Source of the DNA: an uncultured Erysipelotrichaceae bacterium
GTDB taxonomy: Bacteria > Bacillota_I > Bacilli_A > RFN20 > CAG-826
Direction of reading: 5' to 3'
Length of the DNA: 64,000 nt
Assembly: GCA_902794835.1 (NCBI GenBank)
Contig: CADBIO010000001.1
Span: forward strand, 23,174 to 87,173
Shown: positions 10,114-20,267 of the stretch, in pieces
Position numbering within the stretch: position 1 is the first letter of the stretch
Layout of the letters: the number at the start of each line of letters is the position of its first letter
Translations under genes and position numbers: made by a program
Notes under the pieces: model-generated
The model's input: the letters and a program-made list of their open reading frames with translations, nothing else
Told to the model about the DNA's origin: nothing
The model's database searches: none

Positions 10114-12717
10114 ATGGCGAAGAGAGTGAAAGAAGAACCGATCATCAAGGAAAACATCATCAGCGATACTCTTGATGAATTAATGGGCGCAAAATACGCC
10201 ATTTATGCAAAAGACGTCATCCAAGACCGTGCCATCCCTGACGCCAGAGATGGTCTCAAACCCGTTCAACGCCGCATCATCTATGATATGGCCAAAACGG
10301 GAAACACCATCGATAAACCGACCAAAAAATGCGCTCACATCGTTGGTGACGTTATGGGCAAATATCACCCACACGGCGACTCCTCGATTTACGAAGCTTT
10401 GGTCCATATGTCCCAGACATGGGCCTACCGTTATCCTTTGATCGATTTCCAAGGGAACAACGGCTCTATCGATGGAGATGGCGCAGCCGCCTATCGTTAT
10501 ACAGAGGCAAGACTCAGCGCCTTGTCTAACGAACTTGTCGCCGATTTGGAACGTGATGCCGTCGATATGGAGCTCACTTTCGACGACACTGAACTTGAAC
10601 CGACTGTTTTGCCATGCCGTTTTCCGAATCTTTTGGCGAATGGCACCGAAGGAATCGCCGTTGGCATCGCCACTAGCATTCCGCCACATAATCTTCGTGA
10701 ACTCGTTCAAGCGATTAATTACCGCATCAAACATCCGAATTGTGACCTTGAAGCCTTGATGAGATATGTTCCTGGCCCGGACTTCCCGACCGGCGGCGTC
10801 ATCTTTGACGGCCAAGGATTGAAGGACATTTACAGCACCGGCCGCGGCAGAGTCGTCGTTTCTTCGAAATATGAATTCATCAACGATGCCAAACAAAAGC
10901 AAATTATCATCACGGAGATTCCTTATCGCACCAACAAATCGGAACTCGTCAAATCCATCGACCAAATCCGCCACGACAAAACGATTCCTGGCATCGAAGA
11001 AGTGCGCGATGAGACCGACAAAACAGGCTTACGCATCGCCATCGATTTAAAAGATGAAGCCAAACCAGAGGCGATCATCGCCTATTTGCTTAACAAAACC
11101 GAACTCAAAGTCTCCTATAGCGCCCATATGGTGGCTATCGTGGATAATCGTCCGAAGACGATGAATCTCATCGATTATTGCGATTGTTATATCGCCCATC
11201 AGTTGGACGTCATCTCGCGGCGTTCCCGCTTCAATTTGGCGAAGGATCAAGCGAGATTGAACATCGTTTCTGGGTTAATCAAAGCCATTTCCATTTTGGA
11301 TGAGGTCGTCGACACCATTCGCCATTCGGAAAACAAAGCTGACTCTAAATTCAACATCGAGAGCAAATTCGGCTTCAATGAGCCACAAGCAGAAGCCATC
11401 GTCACAATGCCTCTTTATAAACTTTCCCATACCGATGTAGAGGTTTTGGAAAATGAGATGAAGAGCCTTGAAGAGGACATCCGTGAGCTTAATGGTTTGC
11501 TTTCCGATCAGGAAAAACGCGAGGATTTGATCATCAACGATCTCAATCGCATCGCCAAAATCTATGGCGATAAGAGAAAAACGGAAATTCGTCCCGCCGA
11601 AGAAGAAGCGGTCTCTATCAACAAACGGGACCTCATCGCCAAAGAAGATGTTATGGTGGTTGCCACAAGGGATGGCTATATCAAACGTTCCAGCTTGAAG
11701 AGTTGGAAAGGATCTGGTGGCCATAATGGGGCCCGTCCTGGCGTCAAAGCGGGGGATGCTTTCGTTTTCGAGGCCCAATGCACGACGACGGATTATCTGA
11801 TTTTATTCACCGTCAAAGGCAATTATGTCTATATCCCAATCAACGAAATCAAAGAGGCAAAATGGAACGACGAAGGCTTCCATGTCTCTTCTTTGGTTAA
11901 TGTCACCCCAGACGATAAATTCATCTCTGGTTTTGCGGTCCGTAAATTCCGCAGCGATTTGAATGTCGTCATGCTTACGAAAAACGGGCAAATCAAGCGT
12001 ATCAGGCTCGATTCTTTGGAAGTCGTTAGAAGATCAAAAGCCATCGGCGCCATTCGCTTGAGCAAAGGCGATGAGCTGATTTCTGTGATCTATACCTCCG
12101 GAAATTCCAACATCTTCGTCGCTTCTAAGGAAGGCAAAGCGATCTTCTATAACGAAAATGAGATCTTGCTTTCTAATCCAAGAACCTCCGGCCTCAAGGC
12201 CGGTTCTTTCCACGGCAAGGAGTTGGCGGGGCTGTTGGGTTTTGCCGAAAACGAGAAACTCGGCAAAATCTTGATGGTTACCGATCGTGGGTGTACAAGA
12301 ATCTTCGACATGAACAAAATCCCGCTGTCGCATCGCTTGGATAAAGTTTTTAACTTATATGACATGTTCAAAAAAGAGCCACACGTTCTGATTTATCTAG
12401 ACAAAGTCGGTGACAAGAACGCTCCATATAGTCTCGATGCCATCTTGCAAGATTCTACCCGCACCGACATTGTTTTCGACGATTTCTTCTTAACGCCGAT
12501 GGAAAAATATGTGAAACGCCCAGACTCTTTCCCAGCCAAAGCCAGGATCGCTCGAATCTCGATTGAGGAGTCGCCGTTGCTTGACGAGACGATTCCCTCA
12601 TTTGAGCCACCCATCAAAGAAGAGCCAAAACCTGAGCCAACCGAGGATAAGATCATTGAATCCAGCGGAAACTTCGAACAGATTTCCTTGTTTGACGATT
12701 TAAACGATGATGAATAA
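10114..12717 (+). CDS. parC: DNA topoisomerase IV subunit A
   Basis: Active-site region [20 protein letters not shown] has ParC-type VQRR rather than GyrA VHRR. 867 aa with an acidic C-terminal tail. Confidence 0.75.
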   Translation: MAKRVKEEPIIKENIISDTLDELMGAKYAIYAKDVIQDRAIPDARDGLKPVQRRIIYDMAKTGNTIDKPTKKCAHIVGDVMGKYHPHGDSSIYEALVHMSQTWAYRYPLIDFQGNNGSIDGDGAAAYRYTEARLSALSNELVADLERDAVDMELTFDDTELEPTVLPCRFPNLLANGTEGIAVGIATSIPPHNLRELVQAINYRIKHPNCDLEALMRYVPGPDFPTGGVIFDGQGLKDIYSTGRGRVVVSSKYEFINDAKQKQIIITEIPYRTNKSELVKSIDQIRHDKTIPGIEEVRDETDKTGLRIAIDLKDEAKPEAIIAYLLNKTELKVSYSAHMVAIVDNRPKTMNLIDYCDCYIAHQLDVISRRSRFNLAKDQARLNIVSGLIKAISILDEVVDTIRHSENKADSKFNIESKFGFNEPQAEAIVTMPLYKLSHTDVEVLENEMKSLEEDIRELNGLLSDQEKREDLIINDLNRIAKIYGDKRKTEIRPAEEEAVSINKRDLIAKEDVMVVATRDGYIKRSSLKSWKGSGGHNGARPGVKAGDAFVFEAQCTTTDYLILFTVKGNYVYIPINEIKEAKWNDEGFHVSSLVNVTPDDKFISGFAVRKFRSDLNVVMLTKNGQIKRIRLDSLEVVRRSKAIGAIRLSKGDELISVIYTSGNSNIFVASKEGKAIFYNENEILLSNPRTSGLKAGSFHGKELAGLLGFAENEKLGKILMVTDRGCTRIFDMNKIPLSHRLDKVFNLYDMFKKEPHVLIYLDKVGDKNAPYSLDAILQDSTRTDIVFDDFFLTPMEKYVKRPDSFPAKARIARISIEESPLLDETIPSFEPPIKEEPKPEPTEDKIIESSGNFEQISLFDDLNDDE

Positions 12718-13234
12718 AAAGGCCGTTCCCTTTGCCATAGCCAAATCGGCGTATGACATCCCATTGTCCTTCTTGGAGGAAAACAAGATCAAAGTCGTCC
12801 TCTTCGATTTGGACAACACTTTGGCCAGTTACAAAGAAAAAGCCCCGTCCAAAAGAACGTTTCAGTTGATAGATTCTCTCAAAAAAGCAGGAATCTTCGT
12901 GGCAATTGCCTCTAATAACACCAACAACCGTGTCAAGGAATTTGCCAAAGATTTAGGCATCCCGGCCTATTGCAATCTTAAAAAGCCATTCTCGGGACCA
13001 TTGAAAAAACTCCTTCAGAAAGAGCATTTCAATCCCGCGGAAACCGCCTTGATCGGCGATCAAATCATGACGGATACCTTTGCTGGGAATGGGGCAGGAA
13101 TCCGCGTCATCCTCACCCACCCTTTGACGAAAATCGACCCGATTTGGACTAAAATCAACCGTTTTCTCGCTAAAGGGAAGACAAAGAAACTCTACCAAGA
13201 GCCGTACCGTTCGATGTGGAAGGAGATTTTATGA
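12707..13234 (+). CDS. yqeG: HAD-IIIA phosphatase YqeG family
   Basis: DLDNTL motif I. First gene of the conserved yqeG-yqeH-yhbY-nadD-yqeK-rsfS cluster. Confidence 0.75.
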   Translation: MMNKKAVPFAIAKSAYDIPLSFLEENKIKVVLFDLDNTLASYKEKAPSKRTFQLIDSLKKAGIFVAIASNNTNNRVKEFAKDLGIPAYCNLKKPFSGPLKKLLQKEHFNPAETALIGDQIMTDTFAGNGAGIRVILTHPLTKIDPIWTKINRFLAKGKTKKLYQEPYRSMWKEIL

Positions 13235-14382
13235 GCACAATCGAAAGTTTGCGTCGTTGTTATCACTGCGGCGCCGTCCTTCAAACCGAGGATCCTTCGA
13301 AAGGAGGATACATTGATGTTTCCGTCGTCCGTGAACATACGGAAAAAGAGGTCTTGCTTTGTGACGCTTGCTACCAAAAGCAACGTTATAATCGCTATCC
13401 AGCCGGAGCGAAGGCCTCCAAAGATTTTTTGACGATGTTAAAAGACGCGAGGGCCTCCGATGCGATGATGGTCAACGTTGTTGACTTAACTTCTTTCGAA
13501 TGCTCTTTTGACCCTGCGGTCAGCGAATTGATCAATGGGCTTAAAATGATTGTCATCGGCAATAAACGCGATTTGATGCCTTCTTACAGAGATGAGGATT
13601 TGAAACAATATATCGTTTATGTGTTTCAAGAATATGGAATAGAAATAAAGCCAGAAGATGTGTTTTTGACTTCGTTGCTTTCCTCTTCCGACATCACCCC
13701 GATTGCCGAAGAAATCCAACGCCGCCGTCAAGGCCATGATGTTTATATTATTGGAGCTGCGGGAGCGGGAAAATCCTTGTTTCTCCAGGCTTTTTTGAAC
13801 ACCTATAGGAATCCTTCCAATCATGCCGTGGGAGTGAGCCAATATTATGGAACGAACCTCAATGTTCTTAAAATTCCATTGGACAGTTCGAGCTATATCT
13901 TCGACACGCCTCGGAGCGAGCTTTCAAATTCCTTCGCCCGTTATAGGGAAGACGTCGCCCTTCAGAAAGTCTTGTTCACCGACCAACCATTCTCAAACAA
14001 AAAAGGTTCTCTTTCCAAAGGGGGATCCCTATTTATCTCAACCTTGGCGAGAATCGATTATCTTCTGGGGCAAGGGGGATTCTCCTTTAGTTCCCATTTT
14101 CCGGAAAAAGTGCAACTTAAGACAGTTTCCATGAAAAAGGATATGGACGCCTTGTTTATGAAATATCACGAGAAAAAAGCCTTAAAGCCGCACGCCTCCT
14201 TTATTCATTCGATCATGGATTATGACGTTTTCGATATCAACGTCACCGAAATTGGGCGTCGAGAGATTTCCATCGCCGGGTTAGGCTGGCTGAGTTTCAA
14301 AAATGAAGGCGAGACCAAAATTAGAATCTACGTCCCGAAGGGAATCGGCGTTTATTCAGGCAAAGCGAAAGGACATCGTTGA
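13231..14382 (+). CDS. yqeH: ribosome biogenesis GTPase YqeH (circularly permuted GTPase, N-terminal zinc ribbon)
   Basis: N-terminal CxxC...CxxC, NKRD (G4) and GAAGAGKS (G1) in permuted order. AAGGAG sits 5 nt upstream of ATG 13231. The G3 motif reads DTPR rather than DTPG. Confidence 0.75.
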   Translation: MSTIESLRRCYHCGAVLQTEDPSKGGYIDVSVVREHTEKEVLLCDACYQKQRYNRYPAGAKASKDFLTMLKDARASDAMMVNVVDLTSFECSFDPAVSELINGLKMIVIGNKRDLMPSYRDEDLKQYIVYVFQEYGIEIKPEDVFLTSLLSSSDITPIAEEIQRRRQGHDVYIIGAAGAGKSLFLQAFLNTYRNPSNHAVGVSQYYGTNLNVLKIPLDSSSYIFDTPRSELSNSFARYREDVALQKVLFTDQPFSNKKGSLSKGGSLFISTLARIDYLLGQGGFSFSSHFPEKVQLKTVSMKKDMDALFMKYHEKKALKPHASFIHSIMDYDVFDINVTEIGRREISIAGLGWLSFKNEGETKIRIYVPKGIGVYSGKAKGHR

Positions 14383-14384
14383 TT

Positions 14385-14672
14385 ATGTTGACACCAAAAA
14401 ACAGGGCCGTTTTAAAAAGCATGGCCAATCACCTCAAACCTCAAGTGACCTTAGGAAAAGGGGAAGTGGACGAGAATATCCTTTCGGCCATCGCCAATTC
14501 CTTAGAAGCGCATGAATTGATCAAGGTCAAAGTCCTTCAAAATTCCAATGAGGACATTCATGCCATATCCGAGCAAATCGTACTCGGAACCGATTCTTTC
14601 TTAGTTGACATCATTGGAAGAATCATCATCCTTTACCGACCGAGCAAAAAGCATCCGAGGAATTTAATCTGA
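14385..14672 (+). CDS. yhbY: RNA-binding ribosome assembly protein YhbY (CRM domain)
   Basis: MLTPKNRAVLKSMANHL... aligns with B. subtilis YqeI/YhbY. The ORF track's extra MI- comes from an upstream TTG. Confidence 0.75.
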   Translation: MLTPKNRAVLKSMANHLKPQVTLGKGEVDENILSAIANSLEAHELIKVKVLQNSNEDIHAISEQIVLGTDSFLVDIIGRIIILYRPSKKHPRNLI

Positions 14673-14674
14673 AT

Positions 14675-15787
14675 ATGGAACGTTTAGTCATTTTCGGAGG
14701 CACGTTCGACCCAATTCATCGAGGGCATTTAAGAATCGCCCGCGAGGCTGCTTTAAGGCTAAATGCCGATGTCGTTTTCGTGCCCGCCAAAATGCCACGT
14801 TGGAAAAGCCCCGAGGCGACCACGGAAGATCGTCTCAAAATGTTGAAATTAGCTTTACAAGAAGACGGTTCGGCTTCTTTTTCCATCGATGAATGTGAAC
14901 TTAAACGACCCGACGAGACGACCTATTCCATCGATACGGTCAGATATTTCGTGAAAAAATTCCCAAATCGCGAATTATTTTTGCTTATCGGTGCGGACGA
15001 GGTCAACAAATTTGATCATTGGCATCAAGCTGATGCGATTGCCTCTTTGGCTCGGATTCTTTATGTGAATCGTCCCGACATAGAAATCGATAAAAATATA
15101 CTGAAAAAGTATCGGATGATCTCTTTGGACTTCGATGGCTCAGGGTCTGTTTCTTCCAGCGCCATTCGGGAACTTAAATCCATTGATATTCCTTCCAAAG
15201 TCCTTAATTATATTGAAACGCACGACCTTTATTTCATGAAACGATTGCATTCTTATTTAGGGAGCAAGCGTCTGCGTCACTCTCTTTCTGTCGCCCATAC
15301 CGCGTACGCGATCGCGCGCAAAAATAAGGTTAATGATCCTGAACGAGCTTACATCGCCGGGATTTTGCATGATATCGGCAAAGAGTTGGGGGAAGAGGAA
15401 TCTAATTCCATCATGAAAGAGAATTTCCCTGAATTCCTTTCTTATCCTAAATTCTGTCATCACCAATTCACCGGATCTTATCTTGCGGAACACGAATTCG
15501 GCGTGAAAGACCTCTCGATTTTGGATGCCATCCGTTATCATTGCACCGGGAAGGCCCATATGTCCGTTTTGGCAAAAATCATTTTTTCTGCCGACAAGAT
15601 TGAGCCGACCAGAGGATATGATTCCGCAAATCTAATCAAAGACTGCAACGAGAATTATTATGCTGGGTTCCTGGCGGTCATTCGCGCGAATGCCGATTTC
15701 CTCGATGGCAAAACTGGCGGGGTAGATTCCAATCCATTAAGCCAAGAATGCTATCAGCAATATCTGAATAAAGGGGAGAAGAAATGA
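14675..15787 (+). CDS. nadD: fused nicotinate-nucleotide adenylyltransferase NadD / HD-domain Ap4A hydrolase YqeK
   Basis: N-terminal 190 aa carry the NadD motif (GGTFDPIHRGH). C-terminal 180 aa carry the YqeK HD motif (HSLSVAHTA...GILHDIGKE). One uninterrupted 370-aa frame. Confidence 0.8.
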   Translation: MERLVIFGGTFDPIHRGHLRIAREAALRLNADVVFVPAKMPRWKSPEATTEDRLKMLKLALQEDGSASFSIDECELKRPDETTYSIDTVRYFVKKFPNRELFLLIGADEVNKFDHWHQADAIASLARILYVNRPDIEIDKNILKKYRMISLDFDGSGSVSSSAIRELKSIDIPSKVLNYIETHDLYFMKRLHSYLGSKRLRHSLSVAHTAYAIARKNKVNDPERAYIAGILHDIGKELGEEESNSIMKENFPEFLSYPKFCHHQFTGSYLAEHEFGVKDLSILDAIRYHCTGKAHMSVLAKIIFSADKIEPTRGYDSANLIKDCNENYYAGFLAVIRANADFLDGKTGGVDSNPLSQECYQQYLNKGEKK

Positions 15788-16098
15788 AATACCCTAAGCT
15801 CATTTCTCAAATTCAGACTATCTTAGACGAAAAGAAAGTAGAAGATGTCGTAGTCCTCGATGTTAAAGATCGGACTCCTTTTTCCGATTATTACCTGATC
15901 GGAACGGCAATTAACTCTCGTTCCTTAGAAGCGGTTGCCCAATCTTTGGAAGATTTCCTGTTTAGGGAAGAAGGGATAAGCATCAAGAAAGAAGGGACAC
16001 CGGAAAGCGGCTGGATTGTCGTTGATGCTGGCGGCGTGGTGATTCACGTCCTCACTGAAGAAAAAAGAAAACTGTTTCAATTAGAAACCATCAGATAA
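15784..16098 (+). CDS. rsfS: ribosome silencing factor RsfS (Iojap)
   Basis: 104 aa with the conserved VVVLDV...SDYYLIGTA motif. Confidence 0.85.
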   Translation: MKYPKLISQIQTILDEKKVEDVVVLDVKDRTPFSDYYLIGTAINSRSLEAVAQSLEDFLFREEGISIKKEGTPESGWIVVDAGGVVIHVLTEEKRKLFQLETIR

Positions 16099-16123
16099 AA
16101 ATAAATTTATTTACGGTCAATTT

Positions 16124-16151
16124 ATTGGCCGTTTTCTTTTATTTCCTTTCG
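16124..16151 (+). terminator. rho-independent terminator after rsfS
   Basis: Hairpin CGGTCAA-TTTA-TTGGCCG followed by TTTTCTTTT. Confidence 0.65.
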
Positions 16152-16390
16152 TTTAAAGGCGGAATTGGGAAGTAGGGGGCTAAAACCTTTCTTTATTTTA
16201 AAAGAAGAATCATTTGATAAAACGTCCTTTAAAATGACTTAAATATTAATCATTTAATATGGAGAATACATTCTAACCCAAGAAACCTTAAACGGTTCAG
16301 GGTAGAGGTTTTTTCTGAAAGGCTCAACTATTGAAAGTATTTAAGTTGTTTTTATTCTTTACAAAAGGTGTATCGCTTTAAATTATAAAG

Positions 16391-16418
16391 ACTTCGCATA
16401 ATGTCCGTTATGTTAATA
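16391..16418 (+). other. dif: candidate dif site (XerCD chromosome-dimer resolution site)
   Basis: ACTTCGCATAA-TGTCCG-TTATGTTAATA shows the Xer core palindrome ATAA-N6-TTAT. The left arm resembles B. subtilis ACTTCCTAGAA and E. coli GGTGCGCATAA. The right arm matches E. coli TTATGTTAAAT at 9 of 11 positions. It lies in AT-rich non-coding DNA where + and - strand gene blocks converge, 1.7 kb from xerD. Confidence 0.45.
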
Positions 16419-16884
16419 AAAAGAAGTAAAAAACGCTAAAAAGGCTCTATATATAAAATTGATTATAATTATTGTTCACTCAGTATTAGAGTTTTTCACA
16501 AAGTTATCAACATACTTTGTAAACTACTAATTATTAACTATTTAAAAGGTTAATTGGAAATTTGATCAATGATTATGTGTTTGTATTTTTTGTTACTAAT
16601 AAAGATGCTTTGTTTTTGCCTAAAACCCTTAATTTCTAAAATTAATTGACTAAAATATATTTAAACTTATTATCTTTTAATCTATTTAAAAAACCGCCCT
16701 GATTGACCTTTTATTCAGTCAAACAATAGGAAATATAGGGTTTTGAATCGCTAACGAATTTAAAATTAATAATCAGTCATTCTATAGACTATTCTCTATG
16801 ATATTATTTCGCTTGTTTATAAACTTTGAAGCGCTATACTTCTTTTCCCTAAGAAAATAGTTTTCTTTAGTTATAAGTAAAAAG

Positions 16885-16912
16885 TTACCGAAACTAATCG
16901 GTAACTTTCGTG
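16885..16912 (-). terminator. rho-independent (bidirectional) terminator downstream of deoB
   Basis: Perfect hairpin GTTACCGA-AACTAA-TCGGTAAC with T-runs on both strands. Confidence 0.7.
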
Positions 16913-16930
16913 ATTTTGAATCGCTGAGAA

Positions 16931-18124
16931 TTATTTAAGGATTTCTTCTATCGGCGTGCCAATCAAATCGGATGGATTTTCTAGCCCGAAGTTCTTTAAG
17001 ATGGTCGCTCCCATGTCAGAGAAACTGGATCTTTCTTCAAGATACCGGCCATCGGTGATGCTTGGAGACCAAATTAGCAACGGAACCTTTTCTCTGGTAT
17101 GGTCGGTCCCGCGGAATGTCGGATCGTTTCCGTGGTCTGCGGTAATCATTAAGAGGTCATCCGGTCTCATTGCTTTCATCATTTCGCCGACACGAACGTC
17201 AAGAAGTTCCAATTGTCTGGCGTATCCTGGAGCGTTTCTACGATGGCCGAATTCAGAATCGAATTGAACGAGGTTGACAAAGCAAAGCCCTGTCCAATCG
17301 TCGTTTTTGACTTGTTCAATCGTCTTGTCCATACCATCCATATCGCTTACGGTATGAACGGTTTTGGTAACGCCAGCCATATTGAAGATATCTGATATCT
17401 TTCCGACGCAACTGGTCATAAAACCATGATCTTTCAGCACATCCATATGGGTTTTTCTTGGGGGTTGCAAAGCGTAATCGTGACGATTCGGCGTGCGTTT
17501 GAAATTGTCTTTGTTGGTTCCCACGAATGGTCTAGCAATAATGCGGCCAACTCTCCATTCTGGTCTTAAGCAAAGCTCGCGGGCGATTTCGCAACAACGA
17601 TACAATTCTTCGAGCCCTGTCACTTCTTCATGGGCGGCGATTTGCAAGACGGAGTCGGCTGAAGTATAGACAATCAAAGAATTCTCTTTCATTTGCTGCT
17701 CGCCGAGGACTTTGAGAATCTCGGTTCCGCTGGAAGAATAATTTCCGATGATCTTATGCCCGGTTCTTTTCTCGAGTTCGTCGATTAATTCCTGCGGGAA
17801 CCCCGTTTCGGTGAAAGTCTGGAACGGTTGGGTTGTCAAAATGCCCATCATCTCCCAATGCCCGGTCATCGTATCTTTGCCGTTGGATTCTTCGCGGCAA
17901 CGGGTGACGAAACTATTTCGGTGTGATTTTACCGATTTAACACCGGGAATGTCAGCGAGTTCGCCAACACCCATACTTTCCATATAAGGAACATGAATTC
18001 CGCCGACAGATTGAGCGGCGTGAACCCAGGTGTTCGTTCCTTCGTCTCCCCATTTTGCCGCATCAGGTTCCTCGCCAATCCCGGCGCTGTCTGCGACAAT
18101 CAAGAAGATACGCTTATATCTCAT
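16931..18124 (-). CDS. deoB: phosphopentomutase
   Basis: N-terminus MRYKRIFLIVADSAGIGEEPDA and AP-superfamily metal ligands. 397 aa. Confidence 0.9.
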   Translation of the reverse strand: MRYKRIFLIVADSAGIGEEPDAAKWGDEGTNTWVHAAQSVGGIHVPYMESMGVGELADIPGVKSVKSHRNSFVTRCREESNGKDTMTGHWEMMGILTTQPFQTFTETGFPQELIDELEKRTGHKIIGNYSSSGTEILKVLGEQQMKENSLIVYTSADSVLQIAAHEEVTGLEELYRCCEIARELCLRPEWRVGRIIARPFVGTNKDNFKRTPNRHDYALQPPRKTHMDVLKDHGFMTSCVGKISDIFNMAGVTKTVHTVSDMDGMDKTIEQVKNDDWTGLCFVNLVQFDSEFGHRRNAPGYARQLELLDVRVGEMMKAMRPDDLLMITADHGNDPTFRGTDHTREKVPLLIWSPSITDGRYLEERSSFSDMGATILKNFGLENPSDLIGTPIEEILK

Positions 18125-18163
18125 AGTAAGGCCTCCTAGATATAATTATCACGAGATTATAGT

Positions 18164-19045
18164 TCATTTTCGCGACGCGTACAAATCATATGCGGACATG
18201 ATGCGCTTCGTTGAAACTTCGGTATAGATCTGCGTGGTCGCGATTTTACTATGCCCGAGCATCTCCTGGACCGTTCTTAAAGAAGCACTGTTTTCCAACA
18301 GATGGGTCGCAAAACAATGCCTTAAGGTATGGGGGGATACGAAAGAATTGATACCGGCTTTTTCGGCGTATTTTTTCACTTGGACGAAGAAATAATTACG
18401 GGAAATCTTCTTTCCATCGCGATTTAAAAACAGATAGACGGTACCTTTTCCCGGATTCCTTGTTCTCGGACCTTGGACATATTTTCGAAGATAATCTAAC
18501 GCAAACGGAGACACTGGGACGGTCCTCTGCTTGTTGCCTTTCCCATAAACGGTGATTAGCCCGTCTTGGAAATTCACATTCCCGAATTTTAATTCGATCA
18601 ATTCAGAAACGCGTAGCCCCGTCGCATACATCACTTCCAGCATCGCACGATCCCGCATTCCATTGTCTTTAGAGATATCTGGGGCCTCGAATAAGGCATC
18701 GACTTCCTCTAAACTCAAGACGATGGGAAGCTTCTTGTCAGGCTTTGGCTTGTCAAACGAAGGCACATCCTCTTGTAAAAGGTTTTCGCTTACCAAAAAC
18801 TCAAAAAAGTTTTTCACAAAACTATAACGGCGAAGGATCGTGGCCGTGGCGCGGGCCAAATCATCCTGTTTCTTAATGAAAGAAGGCAACATATTAACGT
18901 TGAGATCAGCGGTATCTTTCACCTCTGGGAACGTTTTTATAAAGATTTTGAAATCTTCCGTGTAATTGCTGATGGTCGCCTGACTGGCCATGTGTTCGAC
19001 TTCTAAATACTGCACGAAAGAGGCGAATGCTTCATCGATCTCCAT
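18164..19045 (-). CDS. xerD: tyrosine site-specific recombinase XerD (RipX-like)
   Basis: Catalytic R..HxxR..Y residues near the C-terminus (RHCFATHLL...GHSKIATTQIYTEV). Adjacent to deoB as B. subtilis ripX is to drm. Confidence 0.8.
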   Translation of the reverse strand: MEIDEAFASFVQYLEVEHMASQATISNYTEDFKIFIKTFPEVKDTADLNVNMLPSFIKKQDDLARATATILRRYSFVKNFFEFLVSENLLQEDVPSFDKPKPDKKLPIVLSLEEVDALFEAPDISKDNGMRDRAMLEVMYATGLRVSELIELKFGNVNFQDGLITVYGKGNKQRTVPVSPFALDYLRKYVQGPRTRNPGKGTVYLFLNRDGKKISRNYFFVQVKKYAEKAGINSFVSPHTLRHCFATHLLENSASLRTVQEMLGHSKIATTQIYTEVSTKRIMSAYDLYASRK

Positions 19046-20219
19046 TTTTCTTCACCTCGCTGGCCAGTTTAAGGGCTGGTTTATCTAATTTTCGGTTCAA
19101 TTCGTTGACCAAAAGCTTGGTTTTGTCCATCTCTTCGTAATTTTCGTAATTCCAAAGGCTCATCTGCACGGTTTCCTCATGAGGATCAAGTAAATTAGAG
19201 ATAGTTACCCCGACCAAGCGGATCATCATCCCTAGGAAATTAGATTCATAAAGGCGGATCGCCGTCTGTGTGACCATTTCCGAGGAATCGGTCGCCTCTG
19301 AAAGAGTCAAAGATTTGCTATGGGATTTGAAGTCGCTATCTTTGATGACCAACGTGATGGTCTTCCCTTTTTTATGGTCTCGGCGAATCCCTCCGGTCGC
19401 CTCTATGGCAAGCTCGGTGATTTTGGCTTTAATGGTATCTTCCTCGTTGGTGTCAAAAGGGAAAGTCTCGCTATGTCCTAACGATTTCGCATCATAAACG
19501 GTTGGATCGACGATATCAGAACTCGTGCCGTTCACTTCTTTCTTAAGGGTGGAATAGGATTTTCCGAGCATCGAAAGAATTCTGGGGTCGTCGACGTCAG
19601 TCGCTCGTTTGAAATCGCCAATCGTTTTGATGCCGATTTCCTTCATCCTCTCGGCCGTTTTCTTGCCGATCCCAAAAAAAGCGTCGATTGGCAGAGGATA
19701 AAGCGTTTGTGACAGGTTTTTTCGATATAAGAAAGTGATGCCTAAAGGCTTTTTCATATCGCTTGCCATTTTTGCAAGAAATTTGGTCGGGGCTACCCCA
19801 ATGGAGCATTTTAGGCCGATTTCCTTTAAAAGACCCATCATGATGCCCTGGAAATATTGATGGGCATCCTTCACGCCTTTGGTAGCTTCCGTCATATCGA
19901 CATATCCTTCATCAATCGAAGCCTCTTCGATGATCAAAGAATAACGTTTCAAATAAGAGAAAAAGGAACGAGACAGCATAGAATAATATCCGAAGTCTGG
20001 TTCAAGGAACACCGCTTCTGGACAAAGCCTCTTTGCCTGTGCCCCAGGCATGGCAGAATGGATGCCATATTTCCTTGCCGCATAAGAGGCTGTCGAAACG
20101 ACGCCTCTGGGGCCATATCCGCCAACGACGATAGGCTTGCCGACTAATTCAGGATGGCGAAGCTCCTCGGCGGTGGCAAAAAAGGCATTCAAATCGATGT
20201 GCATTATGACTTTGCTCAT
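19032..20219 (-). CDS. dinB: DNA polymerase IV (Y-family translesion polymerase)
   Basis: N-terminus MHIDLNAFFATAEELRHPELVGKPIVVGG and catalytic SIDEGY motif. Confidence 0.85.
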   Translation of the reverse strand: MSKVIMHIDLNAFFATAEELRHPELVGKPIVVGGYGPRGVVSTASYAARKYGIHSAMPGAQAKRLCPEAVFLEPDFGYYSMLSRSFFSYLKRYSLIIEEASIDEGYVDMTEATKGVKDAHQYFQGIMMGLLKEIGLKCSIGVAPTKFLAKMASDMKKPLGITFLYRKNLSQTLYPLPIDAFFGIGKKTAERMKEIGIKTIGDFKRATDVDDPRILSMLGKSYSTLKKEVNGTSSDIVDPTVYDAKSLGHSETFPFDTNEEDTIKAKITELAIEATGGIRRDHKKGKTITLVIKDSDFKSHSKSLTLSEATDSSEMVTQTAIRLYESNFLGMMIRLVGVTISNLLDPHEETVQMSLWNYENYEEMDKTKLLVNELNRKLDKPALKLASEVKKNGDR

Positions 20220-20267
20220 AGCAAAAACATTGTATCGGATATGAAGATAAAAATGTTAACAAAATGA

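Noticed and set aside
10180-10974. 264-aa ORF on the minus strand inside parC
   Set aside because: Entirely antisense to a well-supported ParC coding region. No homology and no SD. Typical shadow ORF.
16440-16560. oriC/DnaA-box cluster in the AT-rich spacer
   Set aside because: Only one 8-of-9 match (TTATCAACA). No dnaA or dnaN nearby. Gene orientation converges rather than diverges here, consistent with a terminus and not an origin.
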